From a virus, in the IMG/VR virus record IMGVR_UViG_3300019776_000693, positions 32,001 to 96,000 of that record: a stretch of 64,000 bases of DNA; one strand, 5' to 3'. Made by a program: the position numbers and the translations under genes. The first letter of the stretch is position 1; each line of letters begins with the position of its first letter. Shown in pieces: positions 18,721 through 29,989 of the stretch. The notes below the pieces were generated by a model. That model worked only from the letters and a program-made list of their open reading frames with translations, made no database searches and was not told the DNA's origin.

Positions 18721-21700
18721 TTAAACATCTACATTAGAAACTGCAAATTTAAAAGTTAAGCTAAATCTGCTGTCTTTTGAATAACTAAATTTATTTAAAA
18801 ACCAATCTCCTTCTAAACGTTTTAATAATTTATTACCTGTAAAAGTTATCACAGAATTATCAATTGTTTTTTCGATTTGGTTTTTATCGTAGTTAATAAA
18901 AGGTACGTTTTTTGAATTATTTCTAACTCTATCAAAAAAATAATTATACGCCCATTTAAATCCGTCTTTATTACTAATCAATATGTCTTGAGTATTATCT
19001 GAATTTGTTTTTGGGTAATTCTTATTCCCTGCAAAATTATTTTTTTGCGGAATTAAGTTTAAATATCCTGAACAAACCATATTATTCCAAATTAAAGATT
19101 TATCAAATGTACGTTCATAATCAATAGCCCAATCGTATTCGTTATGATATCTTTTAGCTTCTGTCCATAAAATAACAGATTCTAATTTTTTAGTAGCTAA
19201 ATCTGATTTTACAGGTATTTCTAACTCAAATGGATACTTATTTCCATAAAAAACTTGATACGACTTATTTGTCAATAAATGTGACCATAATCCATTGTCT
19301 TCTCCAGTAGAGTTGATACCTGATTGAAAATAATTATTATGACTTATATAATAATTAGGTTTAAAATCATAAAAACTCATCCAAGTTCCTAGTATAGGAG
19401 AATAAGCGATTGTCCATGAAACATCTTGAAAATAATCAGGGTCTTCTAATGAAACTTCTATTAAAGGACATTCGATATTTTCTGCAATAATGTTAACCAC
19501 TTCTCCTGATATTCCAACACCATTAGAATTAAAATTATAAACTCCGTTAGTTTGGTCAGCATAGTATTTCATTACGTAACTTAATGATGGTAATATATCA
19601 TTAGGTATATCTGGAGCTATATCTGTTCCTTGTAAAAAAGAAGTTTGAAAAGGAAATATTTGAATTCCTCTTTCTCTTGCATCATTAGATATATTTATGA
19701 CGTTATTCCAATCTGTTATATCATAAGCGTCGTTTAATCCAGAAGGTAAAGCATCTGTTATTAAAAATATAGCTTTTGCTGCATCGGGTCTAAATTCCCC
19801 TATTGTAAGTCCTCCAATAGTAGTTCCTGTATTATCTATTCTCTGAGTGTTGTCCAAAACTGCTCTTAAAGCTTTATCTGTTGGTTCAGGCGTTGCTCCT
19901 CCACCAATTGCTGTAAGACTTGAAACTTCTGTAAAAAATTGGGTCTCATTTTGTAGTGACATGGGTACATTAATAGTGAATAATGGTACTCCACTGAATA
20001 AACTATCATTAACCGCTACTAAGCCTAATCTATAATTATCTCCAAATTTTGCCTGAATAGCAGGTACTATTTGAGTTATAATATTATTTTTTATATTATC
20101 AATAGCAGGTTGTTGTGAACTTGTCTTATCAATAATAAATACAGCATCAATACCATTTACATCATTGCAATTGTCACAATTACTATAAAAATGACCATTT
20201 TGATAAAGTACACAATCTTGTTTTGGAATATAATCTTTTTTAGTTATAAAAACTCTTCTATATCTACTATCCCAAGCCATTGATATACCAATTCCGTTGT
20301 AATTATTATCAACATCTACATCTTTAAAATTTTTTAGTATTTTAAACGGAAGATGTTCTTTAAACCAATTTCTCATTCCTGATGGTTTTCCACCTATTAA
20401 AGAAGATATTTCTTCCATTTGTTGACCTGTAGGTTGAGTTTGAATAACTTGACCTCTCTTAGCATCCACATGAAAATGTCCAAATTCACAACTCACACTT
20501 GTTGTATTTTGTGTGCCTCCAAATCCTAATTGTGCATTGTAAAAAGAAGCACTTCTACGTTGGAATGCTACAGAGCCTCCTAAAAAATTTCTACTAGGAT
20601 TCTGCCCATCATCTACTGTGGTGTCTACTTTATTATACAAAATAGAAGTGTTTTCAAAACGAGTTAAAATAGCTTCATTTTCAATTCCTTGTACATCTAT
20701 TAGTTTTCCATAATTAGTTGGAAACTCAAAGAAATCTAATGGTCTGTATATTAACCAAGGGTCATAGCTGTTGTTTTCGCTATTATCAGGGAGTGATGCT
20801 ATAATTCCATTAGGAAAATCTGTCTTACAATCATTAAAAGTTTTATTGTAACTATTAGATAATGTTCTTAATTTTAATGGAGTGGTTTGTTTAGAATAAG
20901 TCCTATTATAAAAAAACCAATTTTTTTCTCTTATAGGTACATTTTTTTCTTGTGTCCATTCTCCTAAATCTCCTACTTGAGGGTAAAACTGTCTATGATA
21001 AGGCTCTTCTGCATATCTAAAATTAGTATTTATCCTAGTCTCACAAAGAAAGTTAGGAATACCATAATAATATAAATAAAATTTAGAAGGTGGTCTATAA
21101 TAGAATTTACTTTTAGTGTCATTATCAAAATTAAAATCACTATCTATATCAGGAAACACTTTTCCATTTTGGTCAAACTCTTTATCTATTTCATAAGAAA
21201 TATAGAATAAAGGGTTTCTTCCAATATTATTGTAAAAAAAATAATTAAATGGTGTTCTGTCAGCCTGTCCCATAGCTGTGACTAAAAACTGAGAGTGTTT
21301 TCTTTTCAACGTGTGTCTGGTAATAAATGTATCACCACCAAAAACAGATAAGCAATCAGTTCTTGGATTTGTTAAGTCACCTCTATATCCAGTACTTAAC
21401 CATTTTATAGTATTTATTGTACCATGTTGTTGTGGTAAATATGTTTTTAAAGCAACATAAGGAGATGCAATATTTCTTTGAATTTCAGTACTTCTGCCTG
21501 AATCCGATATACCTAATTCAGAAGAGTAAAATAAGCTAGAAGTATATGAATCCCTATCGTATTTTTTATAGCTATCTGGGTAAGTTAATGGGTAATCTCC
21601 AAAAGATAAAAATACAGAAGTTTCTCTATTAATGTTATTTATATCAATTCTTTTAGCAGTAACTTCATTGGTAAATCTATCTGTACCTTCTTTTAAGTAT

Positions 21701-24700
21701 TTAGATATGTTTAAAGAACGTATTTTTTGTCCTTCTTCTTGTTCTAATTGTAAAAAATTGTACTTACCTTCTGCAAAATAGTAATAAGCAAAATTATGAG
21801 GTTTACCAAGATTTCTAAAAGTTTCTAACCATTGATATCTATATCTACCATAATCTGTTATCGCTTTGGTTACATTAGCAATTCCATCTGCTACATAAGC
21901 TAATATAGATGTTACTATTCCTCCTGGATTAAATATTACTACAACTCCTGCTCCTATTTGATAGGATTGGGCTGTTGCAGATAATGTTTGTGCTGTTCTA
22001 ATAGCAGCTTCTGCTACAACTTCTAATCCTGCTAATATTCCTGCTAACTCTCTAGCCTTAGCAGTAAGTACAGTGTATTTAGGATGATTTAAAACTTCGT
22101 CAAAATGTCCTCTTGAATTACCGTACATATACCCCTGCACTGATAATTCTGTAGATAATGTAGGTCTAAAATAATCTGTTTCTGGTGAATGAAAAGTGTA
22201 GTCTGAATTACTTTCTCCAAATTCACTCTGAACTATTTGATTTAATTTATCATTAGCGTAACTATTAAACGGGTAGTTAGGATATTTTATATTTTTACCT
22301 TTTTCAGAGTATTCTCGCATATCGTATAATAACCCTGATGATAGAACACTCCTGTTTAAAGTTAAATCTCCTCTTACTATTTCATATCCTGTTATTTTTT
22401 GCCTATCTTGTGTAGATATTAAATTATTTGATTCGGCAATATCTAAAAAAGAATTAACAATTTCTTCATTTAATGTTACACCTAGTGGAAATATTACAGT
22501 AGATGCAAATGGTAATTGCCTGATATCATACATAAATGGTGATTTTGCATTATCAGGAAATTTAAAATGTCTTATGTTTCTACAAGTAAAATCCACTATC
22601 TCTTTTCCATTATCATCGAATTTCCAAAGATAATTTCCTTCTATATCAACTGTAGCAAAAGATTCTTTAAAACTATCTCTTATACTTAAAGGTATTTGGT
22701 CTTCCTTTATACTTAAAAAAGAAGAATTGTATAATTCTGTATTATCAGGATAAACCTCTTGACTTTCCCAATATGCAAAATTACCTCTTTTATAAGGCAC
22801 TGCTTTACACGCTTGTACTATTGGTTGTTCAAAAGAACAAGTCGCTGTATATTCTATTTTTTTTCTAAGTGTTATAGAGCTCCAAGAAATATCAATTCTT
22901 TTATCTTCTAAATTTCTTGTAGATATTGTATAACAACCTTTACTAGGAGTAGTTGTCCATATAAGGTTTTCATCTACGGATAATATATCACCGCTTCCTC
23001 CATCTATAACAAATGAATATTTTGTAGAACTTATTATTCTATTATCAATAGTAATAAAAAATTTCTTATTTGAAAACCAACCATTAGTTATAGTAGTATA
23101 AGGTGTTCCATCTTCTTTTGTTATAATTAAATCAGCTCCCGATTTTTCTAACTTAAATATTCCCCCTTGTTCTAAATCGACAAACTCTGAAAATATAGCA
23201 TCTGTCGATGTACAACTTTTAAATATTGACATTCTAACAGTCTGTGTTTTATCTGATATCGAATCTATTGGGGATACTATTTTTTGCTTTGATATATCTA
23301 AAATAAAGCTAGTTCTTCCATTTGTATTTCCAGAAAACCATAGTGCACCTTTATGTATTTTATCTAACCATGCAACAGCATCATATTTTACATATAAATT
23401 TCCTGTGGTATCTATTTCATCAATATTGTAAGTTATAGCGTTAGTTAAGGTTACTATATTTGAAGATATAGATAATATCCCCCCAGTTAATGCTTCAATA
23501 GCTGTTTTATGTGTTGTATAAAAAGAATTTGCAGTAACTACCATTGACACCGAGAAAGGGGTTGAAAATAAATTACCATTAATATTTACAGTCACTGAAC
23601 CTGAATCACCTGATTCAAAAGTTATATCTTCGGTTATGTCAAAATTTGAATTATTTTTTGTTGTTTTTAATTCTGATAAACTATTTGAAGAGTAATAGTA
23701 ATTATTAAAATAAGAAGCCCCGTTATTTACTACAGGATTTTGATTTTCATTTATAGTTGCAGCATAAGCACAAGATTCTTCTATAAAATCAGAATCTCTT
23801 TTATATACTGTCATTGATAATATATCAGAAGCCACTGAATCTGTTTCTTTATTACCTGATGAAGAATCTATCTTATATATATTGCATATTCTAGGAGGTA
23901 CTATCTTAGTATAATCTGCCCCGAAAACTTTAGGTACTCTAGTTGAAATTTCACCTTCAAAACTTACAGTTCCTGTTCCTGTTCCTGCTAAAGTAGCTAT
24001 AAATTCTTCTCCAACAGTATTTGAATCTGCCCCTATTGAGGTAAAATCAGTGTCTCCTACAGTTTCTATCCTGTATCTTTTACCTTTTATTATATCTTCT
24101 ACATCTATTATACTTCTTATTTCAGCTACTTCTATTATAGGTGTCCCTACTATTGTTGGAGATTCACAATCAAGACCTTCAAACGGGTCATCTGAACACT
24201 CTATATCGCTATAATCTGCATACAAGGCTTCACAAATATTTCCTCCTGTTGAATTTTCATAAAATTCACTACATTCTGCTTCGCTACTACCTGCATTGTC
24301 ATTTATGTAATCTTCCAGGTTAGTGAATTCTGTGTCTAACTCTATTGATACAGTTCCTTCTTCTATTGTGGCTATATCTTCAATTATACAAAACCTGTTA
24401 ATTTCTTCGGTAACTGTTATAGTTTCTAAATTTGTAGAGCATGGTACATCCTCCACAGTAGCGTCATTATAATATTGCCATCTCCTAGTTCTTATAGTAG
24501 AATTACAATCACTTTTATTTGCTAATATAGATGTAATATCCATATTATCTACATCAACAGGTTCTCCTGTTTCTTCATCTACTACAATATCTAAATCTTC
24601 CTCTGTTGCTATTCTACCTATAAAGGGGAATATAGAAGTTTCATAACCACCATCTAATAAAAATTTAATACCAAAAGGCACTACTTCTTCTCTATTATAT

Positions 24701-25944
24701 CCTGTATATAAAGAAATTGCAATTCCATTTTCATAGAGATTTTCAGGAGCTATATGAGATTGCCATTGAAGAAATTGTCCCATAAGATTAACCACAGGTT
24801 GTAAATTAATCTCTTTTTTAGATGTTATTCCATATTGGTATAGAATATTATTAGCTGTAGCAACTCCTTCCGATTCCTCTACATGTAATGAAATTCTAGC
24901 TAAGTTATCAACAGATGTTTCTGATTTATTTTGTTCAGTAGAATAAACTATAGAAGTATCATTTATAGTATGAACACCTTCTATAAAATACCTAGTTGCA
25001 CCTTCAATATCTGCTGTTTGTATCACAGCTATTTTATAATGTGTATATTTAGTGTCTAGTCCTTCTACATTTAATCGTATTGCAAAACCTGTTCTATCTG
25101 CTAAATTAGGTTGACCTAATATAATATTATTTCTATCAAAAATTGATATAGGGTTAGTTATTGAAAAATACTCTGATATTTCTCTTCCTTCTGCGTCACA
25201 ATATGCTATTAAAAATTCATATACGCCCATCTTTAAATTACCTCCTAATTCAATAGAAGTAGGAACTAATTGAGGAATATTAAATAGTTTAAATATTCTC
25301 ATTTTATCAAAATCAGGGCATAATAGTACAGTATCATCCGAACATACGTTTTCCTGAATAAAATAGTCTTGTATTCTATCTATATTTATATGTCTTGGTG
25401 GATTACCTACATGTGAAAAATATATAGTCTTACCGCATTTTTCATTTTTTATAACAGATTTTTTTATAGGTTGTAATATATTAAAATTAAAACCTTTTTC
25501 AGGCTCATTATTTAATACATGACATTCATCTGATATTTTTGTAGTATAGGTTTGTAATTCTAATTGTTCTAAATTTTCTAAAGGTTCTGCTAATTCTTTT
25601 ATAGAAGCACAATTAGGACAATCTAAAGTAATGTCTGATAAATCATTTATATCTTGATTGTTTTCTACAACTCCAAATTCTCCTATTCCTGTTTCTGGGT
25701 TAACTAAAAAGAAATAAGTATTTGTAGTATCTATATCATTTATAGCATGTATTACTTTAAAGCCCTCTTTAAATTTAGTAGCTAATATGTTTGATTTTTC
25801 ATTTGTAGCATTTAAAGAATTACCAGACTCGTTTTCTATATTACCATTAAGTAAATGTGTATACTCTATTTCTTTTAGCTGACTAGGGTGGCTATCTTTA
25901 TTCATCCCTACTTTACCTAATGATATGTTTTGTTTATTTGCCAT
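18721..25944 (-). CDS. 2407-aa tail muzzle/stabilisation protein (crAss-like, P22 gp10-like role) with an inserted vWA domain
   Basis: N-terminus GKVGMNKDSHPSQLKEIEYTHLLNG, GVYEFLIAY, DAKRG, SWTIAYSP and RLEGDWF motifs typical of crAss muzzle proteins; position after the ring genes. Confidence 0.75.
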   Translation of the reverse strand: MANKQNISLGKVGMNKDSHPSQLKEIEYTHLLNGNIENESGNSLNATNEKSNILATKFKEGFKVIHAINDIDTTNTYFFLVNPETGIGEFGVVENNQDINDLSDITLDCPNCASIKELAEPLENLEQLELQTYTTKISDECHVLNNEPEKGFNFNILQPIKKSVIKNEKCGKTIYFSHVGNPPRHINIDRIQDYFIQENVCSDDTVLLCPDFDKMRIFKLFNIPQLVPTSIELGGNLKMGVYEFLIAYCDAEGREISEYFSITNPISIFDRNNIILGQPNLADRTGFAIRLNVEGLDTKYTHYKIAVIQTADIEGATRYFIEGVHTINDTSIVYSTEQNKSETSVDNLARISLHVEESEGVATANNILYQYGITSKKEINLQPVVNLMGQFLQWQSHIAPENLYENGIAISLYTGYNREEVVPFGIKFLLDGGYETSIFPFIGRIATEEDLDIVVDEETGEPVDVDNMDITSILANKSDCNSTIRTRRWQYYNDATVEDVPCSTNLETITVTEEINRFCIIEDIATIEEGTVSIELDTEFTNLEDYINDNAGSSEAECSEFYENSTGGNICEALYADYSDIECSDDPFEGLDCESPTIVGTPIIEVAEIRSIIDVEDIIKGKRYRIETVGDTDFTSIGADSNTVGEEFIATLAGTGTGTVSFEGEISTRVPKVFGADYTKIVPPRICNIYKIDSSSGNKETDSVASDILSMTVYKRDSDFIEESCAYAATINENQNPVVNNGASYFNNYYYSSNSLSELKTTKNNSNFDITEDITFESGDSGSVTVNINGNLFSTPFSVSMVVTANSFYTTHKTAIEALTGGILSISSNIVTLTNAITYNIDEIDTTGNLYVKYDAVAWLDKIHKGALWFSGNTNGRTSFILDISKQKIVSPIDSISDKTQTVRMSIFKSCTSTDAIFSEFVDLEQGGIFKLEKSGADLIITKEDGTPYTTITNGWFSNKKFFITIDNRIISSTKYSFVIDGGSGDILSVDENLIWTTTPSKGCYTISTRNLEDKRIDISWSSITLRKKIEYTATCSFEQPIVQACKAVPYKRGNFAYWESQEVYPDNTELYNSSFLSIKEDQIPLSIRDSFKESFATVDIEGNYLWKFDDNGKEIVDFTCRNIRHFKFPDNAKSPFMYDIRQLPFASTVIFPLGVTLNEEIVNSFLDIAESNNLISTQDRQKITGYEIVRGDLTLNRSVLSSGLLYDMREYSEKGKNIKYPNYPFNSYANDKLNQIVQSEFGESNSDYTFHSPETDYFRPTLSTELSVQGYMYGNSRGHFDEVLNHPKYTVLTAKARELAGILAGLEVVAEAAIRTAQTLSATAQSYQIGAGVVVIFNPGGIVTSILAYVADGIANVTKAITDYGRYRYQWLETFRNLGKPHNFAYYYFAEGKYNFLQLEQEEGQKIRSLNISKYLKEGTDRFTNEVTAKRIDINNINRETSVFLSFGDYPLTYPDSYKKYDRDSYTSSLFYSSELGISDSGRSTEIQRNIASPYVALKTYLPQQHGTINTIKWLSTGYRGDLTNPRTDCLSVFGGDTFITRHTLKRKHSQFLVTAMGQADRTPFNYFFYNNIGRNPLFYISYEIDKEFDQNGKVFPDIDSDFNFDNDTKSKFYYRPPSKFYLYYYGIPNFLCETRINTNFRYAEEPYHRQFYPQVGDLGEWTQEKNVPIREKNWFFYNRTYSKQTTPLKLRTLSNSYNKTFNDCKTDFPNGIIASLPDNSENNSYDPWLIYRPLDFFEFPTNYGKLIDVQGIENEAILTRFENTSILYNKVDTTVDDGQNPSRNFLGGSVAFQRRSASFYNAQLGFGGTQNTTSVSCEFGHFHVDAKRGQVIQTQPTGQQMEEISSLIGGKPSGMRNWFKEHLPFKILKNFKDVDVDNNYNGIGISMAWDSRYRRVFITKKDYIPKQDCVLYQNGHFYSNCDNCNDVNGIDAVFIIDKTSSQQPAIDNIKNNIITQIVPAIQAKFGDNYRLGLVAVNDSLFSGVPLFTINVPMSLQNETQFFTEVSSLTAIGGGATPEPTDKALRAVLDNTQRIDNTGTTIGGLTIGEFRPDAAKAIFLITDALPSGLNDAYDITDWNNVINISNDARERGIQIFPFQTSFLQGTDIAPDIPNDILPSLSYVMKYYADQTNGVYNFNSNGVGISGEVVNIIAENIECPLIEVSLEDPDYFQDVSWTIAYSPILGTWMSFYDFKPNYYISHNNYFQSGINSTGEDNGLWSHLLTNKSYQVFYGNKYPFELEIPVKSDLATKKLESVILWTEAKRYHNEYDWAIDYERTFDKSLIWNNMVCSGYLNLIPQKNNFAGNKNYPKTNSDNTQDILISNKDGFKWAYNYFFDRVRNNSKNVPFINYDKNQIEKTIDNSVITFTGNKLLKRLEGDWFLNKFSYSKDSRFSLTFKFAVSNVDV

Positions 25945-25953
25945 TTTTTATAA

Positions 25954-26802
25954 TTACATCGGGAAAAGTTTCTCAAATTTGTTTGTATAACGAATATTAT
26001 TTTTTCTTATTCTTCTGTCCCAATTTCCTAAATTTTCAAATTTTACAGAAGTTTGTGCGAAACCATATAATCTGTCCTCTTCTTGTTTAAAATACTGTAA
26101 TTTATTTATTAAATTTGTATCATCATCATTAGACCACACCATTTCTATAATTTTTCTTTTGCAATATGCTATAAGATATTCTTGTAAATTTCTGTTATCT
26201 GGAATTTCTAAATCATTATCTTCGTTTAAAGGTAATCCATAGTACTGTATATAAATATCACCTTCTTTGAAATTAACTTGTACTTTTTCCCCCACTATAT
26301 TAAATTCATAGGGACTTTTATGTATTTTTAAATTTGGGCAAACATTAGAAATAAACTCTCTTTTTAATCCTTTTACAGGTTTCATTAAAATAGGATTAGA
26401 ATATCTAAATGTAACTGAAGCATCATTAAATAATAACTTTTCTTCAATACATTTAAAGTCTACACCTTTATGAGAATTTGATTGGTTATCCCATTCATAA
26501 GTATTTTCTAATCTTTGGGTATAAAAATAAGAAGATTGAAAATGTGTTTTGTCCCCTTTTTCAAAACAATGTGATTCAGGAGTACATTTTACAGCAAAAT
26601 ATAAATTAAAAAAATTTTCAGGTAATTCTGCTATACCATTTTCAACTCTTAATACTTTTTCAGTGAGTTGCATAACATTATTACCAAACCTTTTTATTTC
26701 GTTTTTTATCCATCTGTTTAATGACCTGTAGTCGATTAAACCTGATTCGTCATATTTTTTAAATTCTGTTAATATCTCAGCTATTAGTTCTCTTCTAGTC
26801 AT
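25954..26802 (-). CDS. tail tubular/ring protein
   Basis: ORF track; AELPENFFNLY and GDIYIQYYGLPLNEDNDLEIPD motifs; crAss-like synteny. Confidence 0.65.
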   Translation of the reverse strand: MTRRELIAEILTEFKKYDESGLIDYRSLNRWIKNEIKRFGNNVMQLTEKVLRVENGIAELPENFFNLYFAVKCTPESHCFEKGDKTHFQSSYFYTQRLENTYEWDNQSNSHKGVDFKCIEEKLLFNDASVTFRYSNPILMKPVKGLKREFISNVCPNLKIHKSPYEFNIVGEKVQVNFKEGDIYIQYYGLPLNEDNDLEIPDNRNLQEYLIAYCKRKIIEMVWSNDDDTNLINKLQYFKQEEDRLYGFAQTSVKFENLGNWDRRIRKNNIRYTNKFEKLFPM

Positions 26803-26804
26803 TT

Positions 26805-27305
26805 TTATTTTTTACGTTTTTTCTTATTATTGTAATAAAATAAAGAAGGATTAAACATATAAGCATAACCATTTCTCAGATTTTCAGTTAATCTTTTTTT
26901 CATTACTTTTGTAAATGCCAAATCCATACTATATGTTCGTTCTATTGTAGTGTATGAAATAGGTACGAATGATAGATAATATACATCTCCATCTGTATTA
27001 AATCTACCCATATATTCTCTTAAGTATGCTATTTTTTTTGCGGGAGTCTCTACATGTTTACAAACTCCAAAATATCCTAATCTGTCGATGTAAATTCCTC
27101 CTAAATTATCTGCTAAATGCTTTTCAGCAATTCTATAAAATTCTGTTAGTATCTTACCATAATCAACAAAATCCTTCACATCTCTCCTATTATTATGTTC
27201 AGAATGTTTTTTATAAAATACGTAAGCTTTATGGTCTATAGTAGAGAAGGTTTTTAAATTTGGAGCTGTTTTTCTACCCTCCATTTCAAACATTCTACTT
27301 CTCAT
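26805..27305 (-). CDS. IHF/HU-like protein (crAss-type)
   Basis: YGKILTEFYRIAEKHL...GGIYIDRLGYFGV helix-strand pattern; crAss phages carry an IHF-like gene at this position. Confidence 0.45.
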   Translation of the reverse strand: MRSRMFEMEGRKTAPNLKTFSTIDHKAYVFYKKHSEHNNRRDVKDFVDYGKILTEFYRIAEKHLADNLGGIYIDRLGYFGVCKHVETPAKKIAYLREYMGRFNTDGDVYYLSFVPISYTTIERTYSMDLAFTKVMKKRLTENLRNGYAYMFNPSLFYYNNKKKRKK

Positions 27306-27957
27306 TTGAATTTAAATTTGGGTTTTCATCGACAGGTATATTCTTTTTTATAGATATAAAATTTACAGCTTCAGCCACAGCAATTTTTAACAGTTTATCT
27401 GGGCATTTAAATTCGTATTCCCATAAAGATTTACAATCACAATTTTTATCACAATCCACTATGTTTTCTTCTTCTAAGGTTATCAAGTATAAATTTACTC
27501 TACTTACTTTCGTATCCAATAAATATAAATAACCGTCTTTTACATAATAGTCAACATAATCTGATTTTCCTCTTAAACTGTCTCTTCTATATTGTGATGG
27601 TGTCGTTGCTTTAAATTCTGTCTCATCATCTAAAGATGTTATTTCTTTTATAGAATTTCCTAATTTTGAAGATATTAATTTTGGTAATTTGTTAACTGAC
27701 CTCATTATCCTTTTTGCGCGACGAAACTCGATAATATCACATTTAACTACGTCAAAAGGCTCTAAAGCAAAACAATTTATAACAGTGTATATATTATCTT
27801 CTCTATGTAAAGAGCCTTCTGATAATTTTTGCGATATTAAAAATTCTGCCTCTTTTCGCAAAACATTTAAAACATATCGCCTTGGTAATATATTATCTTT
27901 ATTAATAGAGTTAAAACTATTCATAACTCTACTAACAACTTCTGCATTAGTATTCAT
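27295..27957 (-). CDS. tail ring/adaptor protein
   Basis: ORF track (start adjusted to MNTNAE, downstream of the TACTTTTG element at 27976-27983); YYVKDGYLYL motif; synteny. Confidence 0.6.
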   Translation of the reverse strand: MNTNAEVVSRVMNSFNSINKDNILPRRYVLNVLRKEAEFLISQKLSEGSLHREDNIYTVINCFALEPFDVVKCDIIEFRRAKRIMRSVNKLPKLISSKLGNSIKEITSLDDETEFKATTPSQYRRDSLRGKSDYVDYYVKDGYLYLLDTKVSRVNLYLITLEEENIVDCDKNCDCKSLWEYEFKCPDKLLKIAVAEAVNFISIKKNIPVDENPNLNSNEK

Positions 27958-28022
27958 TCTAATAAAATTTAACCACAAAAGTAATTAAAAAACAACAAAA
28001 TTAAAAATTAGTTAAAAAGAAA

Positions 28023-28045
28023 AAGGTGACAAAATTGCCACCTCC
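28023..28045 (-). terminator. hairpin terminator after the fibre gene
   Basis: - strand AGGTGGC-AATTTT-GTCACCT followed by a T-rich run. Confidence 0.6.
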
Positions 28046-28076
28046 TTCAAACAGAAAAATAGGTAAAACCAAAAAC

Positions 28077-29987
28077 CTATATTAAAATATCTCTTACAAT
28101 TAAATCTGCTGTTCCTGTTCCTGTTCCTACCCCTGTGGCTGTAAAATATAAACCGACAGTATTTGCAGAAGCTCCTATTAAAGTGAAATCAGTTGTTCCT
28201 ATCGAAGATATTTTATATTCAACTGTAGGTACAAAACTACCTGCTGTAATTACTTTTCTATTTATAAAGGCACTTCCTGTAAATAATCCATCTGCTTGTG
28301 CTGCATTTTTAGAAGAGTATAAAGGTAAAGTTTCAATTACTTGAGAGCCTAATTCATTAACAGAATTAGTTGAAATTACCATTTCATTAACATCAAACAT
28401 ACTTGTTAAAGTACCACCTATTGTTGAATTTTTTAATTCTATAGGTTGGGGATTTGAGGTAGAAGATAATATAAATTTATTAGTTAAAAAAAGTAGATTT
28501 GTATTTACATTAACTCCTGAAAACGTTATAAATTCTGTTGCTGATACATTATTTAGAAAATTATTTGAATTTCCTCTAAATTCTGTATTTCTTATTATTA
28601 TATTTATATCACTACTGTTTAACTCTTCTACTTTAAATACTGTATCTACTATATTTGATAAACTGTCTATTTGTATTAAACCATTACAACTTAACATTTG
28701 TATTTCTCCACCCTTAAAGTCGAAAGGTACTGTTGCTGTATTCATTGTTAATGTTATTGGGCTACAAAATTGAAAATTTACATTTTCAAATAATAAAGCT
28801 CCGTCTCCGCCCTTCATTACAAATGGAGAATTATGTGATATAACATTAATACTGTTTACTGAAAATAAGGCGGCTGATGGATTTCCGTAACCTACTGTAG
28901 AAGTATAGTTTGATTCAAAAATAGTTTTTATAGAAGGTGAACCTGTTGAATCTGCTAAAGCTGTTATAGTTCCTGTTCCTTTTATACGAAGTATTTTATA
29001 GTAAGAACTATATATACCTGTTGTTCCATCATTTATAAATCCCTTTTTTGTCAGAGCTATATTAGAATTCTCATTTAATATTATAGTACTATCTATGTTA
29101 TCAAGTACGTTCAAAGAATTAAAATCTAATAAATAATTTCCAGAGGAAGGGTTTGAATTTATAACTGTTCCAGTTTCTAACTCTAATATAAAATTATTAT
29201 AATTTAAATTTCCTGTGTATACATAATCTGTACTTGCTCTTGTTATAAAAATAATAGCATTGGCAAATTCTGGATTAGTTACAGAACCTGTTCCTACAAA
29301 TGCAGTAAATGCATTTTCAATAGTTTTAAAAGGCTTGCTTACTGTTCCTAATTCTTCTACACCTGCATAATCTTTATTTACAATAAATCTTTGTATTTCT
29401 GAAGACTCTGGAGATTCTATACTTATTTCAGTATCTGTTGATGATATCATTAACGTATTTGATTTTATTGTTTTAAATTCAAATGTTGTAATATCTCCTA
29501 CAGGAGCAGATACAGGCTCTATTGCTATTTCTTCACCTGTGCCTAAATTATTTAATGTATATTCTTTTTGATTGTCTTCTATAAAATCATTTAATGCGTC
29601 TTCGTCTATTCCTAATGATATATCATTAGGGTTTTGAGTTATTGTAATTATATCAGAACTTGAATTAATTTTTCTTATTTTTTTCTCTCCAAGTAAATTA
29701 TCTCCTGCATAAATTTCAGCTCCTGTTCCTATATTAATTAACCTAAGATATTTTTTTACTTCTTCTATTGCACCACAAAAATATGAAACAATTAATTGTA
29801 AAGCATTTGATAGTATTGTATTAGTAGGTACTATTACTGTTTCTCCGCAAGATATTTCTTCTTTATTATAAAGTACACAATCAGTTGATAAATCAACTAT
29901 TGGGCATTCACAAGGTTCTGGAGTTTGACATTGATTGCAGATATTTTGTTCACATCCACAATTATTATTACATGAGGCACAAGACAT
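28077..29987 (-). CDS. 636-aa tail fibre/spike with Cys-rich anchor and a probable beta-helix receptor-binding domain
   Basis: MSCASCNNNCGC...STDCVLY anchor; two NxGTGxEI repeats; ELGTVSKPFKTIENAF beta-helix-onset motif; Asn/Ile-rich body. Confidence 0.7.
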   Translation of the reverse strand: MSCASCNNNCGCEQNICNQCQTPEPCECPIVDLSTDCVLYNKEEISCGETVIVPTNTILSNALQLIVSYFCGAIEEVKKYLRLINIGTGAEIYAGDNLLGEKKIRKINSSSDIITITQNPNDISLGIDEDALNDFIEDNQKEYTLNNLGTGEEIAIEPVSAPVGDITTFEFKTIKSNTLMISSTDTEISIESPESSEIQRFIVNKDYAGVEELGTVSKPFKTIENAFTAFVGTGSVTNPEFANAIIFITRASTDYVYTGNLNYNNFILELETGTVINSNPSSGNYLLDFNSLNVLDNIDSTIILNENSNIALTKKGFINDGTTGIYSSYYKILRIKGTGTITALADSTGSPSIKTIFESNYTSTVGYGNPSAALFSVNSINVISHNSPFVMKGGDGALLFENVNFQFCSPITLTMNTATVPFDFKGGEIQMLSCNGLIQIDSLSNIVDTVFKVEELNSSDINIIIRNTEFRGNSNNFLNNVSATEFITFSGVNVNTNLLFLTNKFILSSTSNPQPIELKNSTIGGTLTSMFDVNEMVISTNSVNELGSQVIETLPLYSSKNAAQADGLFTGSAFINRKVITAGSFVPTVEYKISSIGTTDFTLIGASANTVGLYFTATGVGTGTGTADLIVRDILI

Positions 29988-29989
29988 AT

